Origin: a virus
DNA length: 25,293 nt
Reading direction: 5' to 3' (one strand)
UHGV virus genome: UHGV-0110227
A program made the position numbers and the translations under genes. The notes below the pieces were generated by a model. The model worked only from the letters and a program-made list of their open reading frames with translations. It ran no database searches and was not told the origin of the DNA. Shown here piece after piece: positions 23,967 to 25,293 of this stretch (its first letter is position 1; each line of letters opens with the position of its first letter).

Positions 23967-25276
23967 TGAAAGTAACTGCAAACGGTAAGACATTTACCTT
24001 CCCTGATGGTACGAGCACGGAAGATATTGGCACCGCCATTGATGAGTATTTTGCTGGTCAGGCTGTTCAGCAACAAACAGTTAATCAGGCCAATAATGAA
24101 CCAGCACGTGAAGAACCATCATTGATGCAACAAGCTGGCGATTGGCTCACAGGTGGTCAAAGTGCAGGGCAAATTGCAGAGCAGGCTGGTCGTGGTCTGG
24201 TAAACATACCATTTGACGTATTGCAGGGCGGCGCAAGTCTGATTAATGCAATCAGTCAGGGGCTTGGTGGACCCAAGGTTTTGGATGATGTTTATCGTCC
24301 AGTAGACAGACCGACAGACCCATACGCACAAGCCGGTGAAACAATTGGTGGGTATTTAGTTCCAGGAGTTGGAACGGCAGGAAGCATGGCTATTGGATCA
24401 CTGGCAGAGGCCGCAAATCAGAAAGGCGATTTCGCACAAAATGCAGCTAAAAATGCCGGAGTTAACCTTGCCGCTCAGGGGGTTCTTTCCGCAGCAGCAA
24501 AGGGAATAGGGCGTGGAATAACGGCTATAAAAGGTGATATTGCGCCAGAAGTGGCGAAGAAAATTGCCACATCAGAATCGATGGGCGTGACACCAATGAC
24601 ATCTGATGTTATCCCGCCGAAAAATGCTTTCACTCGCGGCCTTACTCAGGATGCCGAGGGGGCTTTGCTCGGGACAGGCTCAAAGCGAGCGGAGCAATAT
24701 GCAACGCGTAGTAAGTTGGTAAGTAATTATTTTGACCGTTTTGGTGAGTACAACCCGGATGATGTGGTGAAATCTCTGACCACCACGTTAAGGGGACGGA
24801 AGGATGCCGCTGGCGCTGTTATCAATGACGTCACCAATAAAATGGGGAATGCCGCAGTTGATACCACAAACACTATGAATGCTCTGAATACAGCGATCGC
24901 AAGACAGGAACGGCTTGGGACGTCTGCCAATCAAAGCCTGCTTACATCCTTGCGTAACCTACGCGAAGAATTAGCAAACCCTGCAACTGATTTGGATGTT
25001 ACGTTTGATCTCTTGCGTCAGCACAGAACAGCATTTAGATCTAATGTTCAGGGAGATGCTATGGTCTTCCCCAACCAGGCAAAAGCAGCTACCAATATGG
25101 TAGAGAATGCAATGTCAAAAGACCTTCGTAACGCAGTTGCTAAAAACCTCGGTGCATCAGACGCAGCAAAATACCTTAAAGCAAATTCCGATTATGCAAA
25201 CGTTTATAATAAGGTGCTTAATAAAAACATTGCCAACATGACCTGCTCCCCGTTGATTAGTACACCCCGATGTTAG
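23966..25276 (+). CDS. Ejection protein gp16 (P22-type); possibly shortened or with a divergent C-terminus
   Basis: N-terminus [32 protein letters not shown] resembles P22 gp16 as I recall it. An alternative ATG lies at 23963. The ORF stops at 25276 after an atypical C-terminus, 17 nt before the window ends. Confidence 0.75.
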   Translation: MKVTANGKTFTFPDGTSTEDIGTAIDEYFAGQAVQQQTVNQANNEPAREEPSLMQQAGDWLTGGQSAGQIAEQAGRGLVNIPFDVLQGGASLINAISQGLGGPKVLDDVYRPVDRPTDPYAQAGETIGGYLVPGVGTAGSMAIGSLAEAANQKGDFAQNAAKNAGVNLAAQGVLSAAAKGIGRGITAIKGDIAPEVAKKIATSESMGVTPMTSDVIPPKNAFTRGLTQDAEGALLGTGSKRAEQYATRSKLVSNYFDRFGEYNPDDVVKSLTTTLRGRKDAAGAVINDVTNKMGNAAVDTTNTMNALNTAIARQERLGTSANQSLLTSLRNLREELANPATDLDVTFDLLRQHRTAFRSNVQGDAMVFPNQAKAATNMVENAMSKDLRNAVAKNLGASDAAKYLKANSDYANVYNKVLNKNIANMTCSPLISTPRC

Positions 25277-25293
25277 TAATGTCTTCATAAGCC

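Noticed and set aside
25254-25293. Possible insertion-sequence end at the right edge of the window
   Set aside because: Only 8 nt or so (CATAAGCC) weakly resemble a known IS terminus, which is too short to support a call. The abrupt gene end is reported as a finding instead.

Overview
This window is a contiguous, mostly plus-strand segment of a mosaic lambdoid temperate phage or prophage of the enterobacterial type. From left to right it carries: (1) the start of the leftward early operon (pL, nutL, N antiterminator and two small orphan genes); (2) an immunity region with a CI-like S24 repressor, Cro, nutR and cII, whose operators are not lambda-type; (3) a replication module (90-aa orphan ORF, O-like initiator with an internal iteron/AT-rich origin, DnaB-type helicase, tR2-like terminator); (4) a nin region (ninB, ninD, ninE, a NinX-position ORF, ninF, ninG/rap, ninH, Ser/Thr phosphatase); (5) Q, pR', a 6S-like leader and tR'; (6) the lysis cassette S, R, Rz with embedded Rz1; (7) an accessory insert with a Rha-family gene; (8) a P22/Sf6-type packaging and virion module (TerS, TerL, portal, scaffold, coat, gp4, gp10, gp26 needle, gp14, gp7, gp20, gp16). 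Family assignments rest on my reading of the translated ORFs and on recalled lambda, P22 and Sf6 protein sequences; no database search was run. Several real small genes are absent from the supplied ORF track (ninE with a GTG start, ninF, Rz1) and several track ORFs begin at upstream alternative codons. The best candidates for undescribed functions are the two orphan cassettes downstream of N, the 90-aa ORF between cII and the replication initiator, and the accessory insert between lysis and packaging genes.
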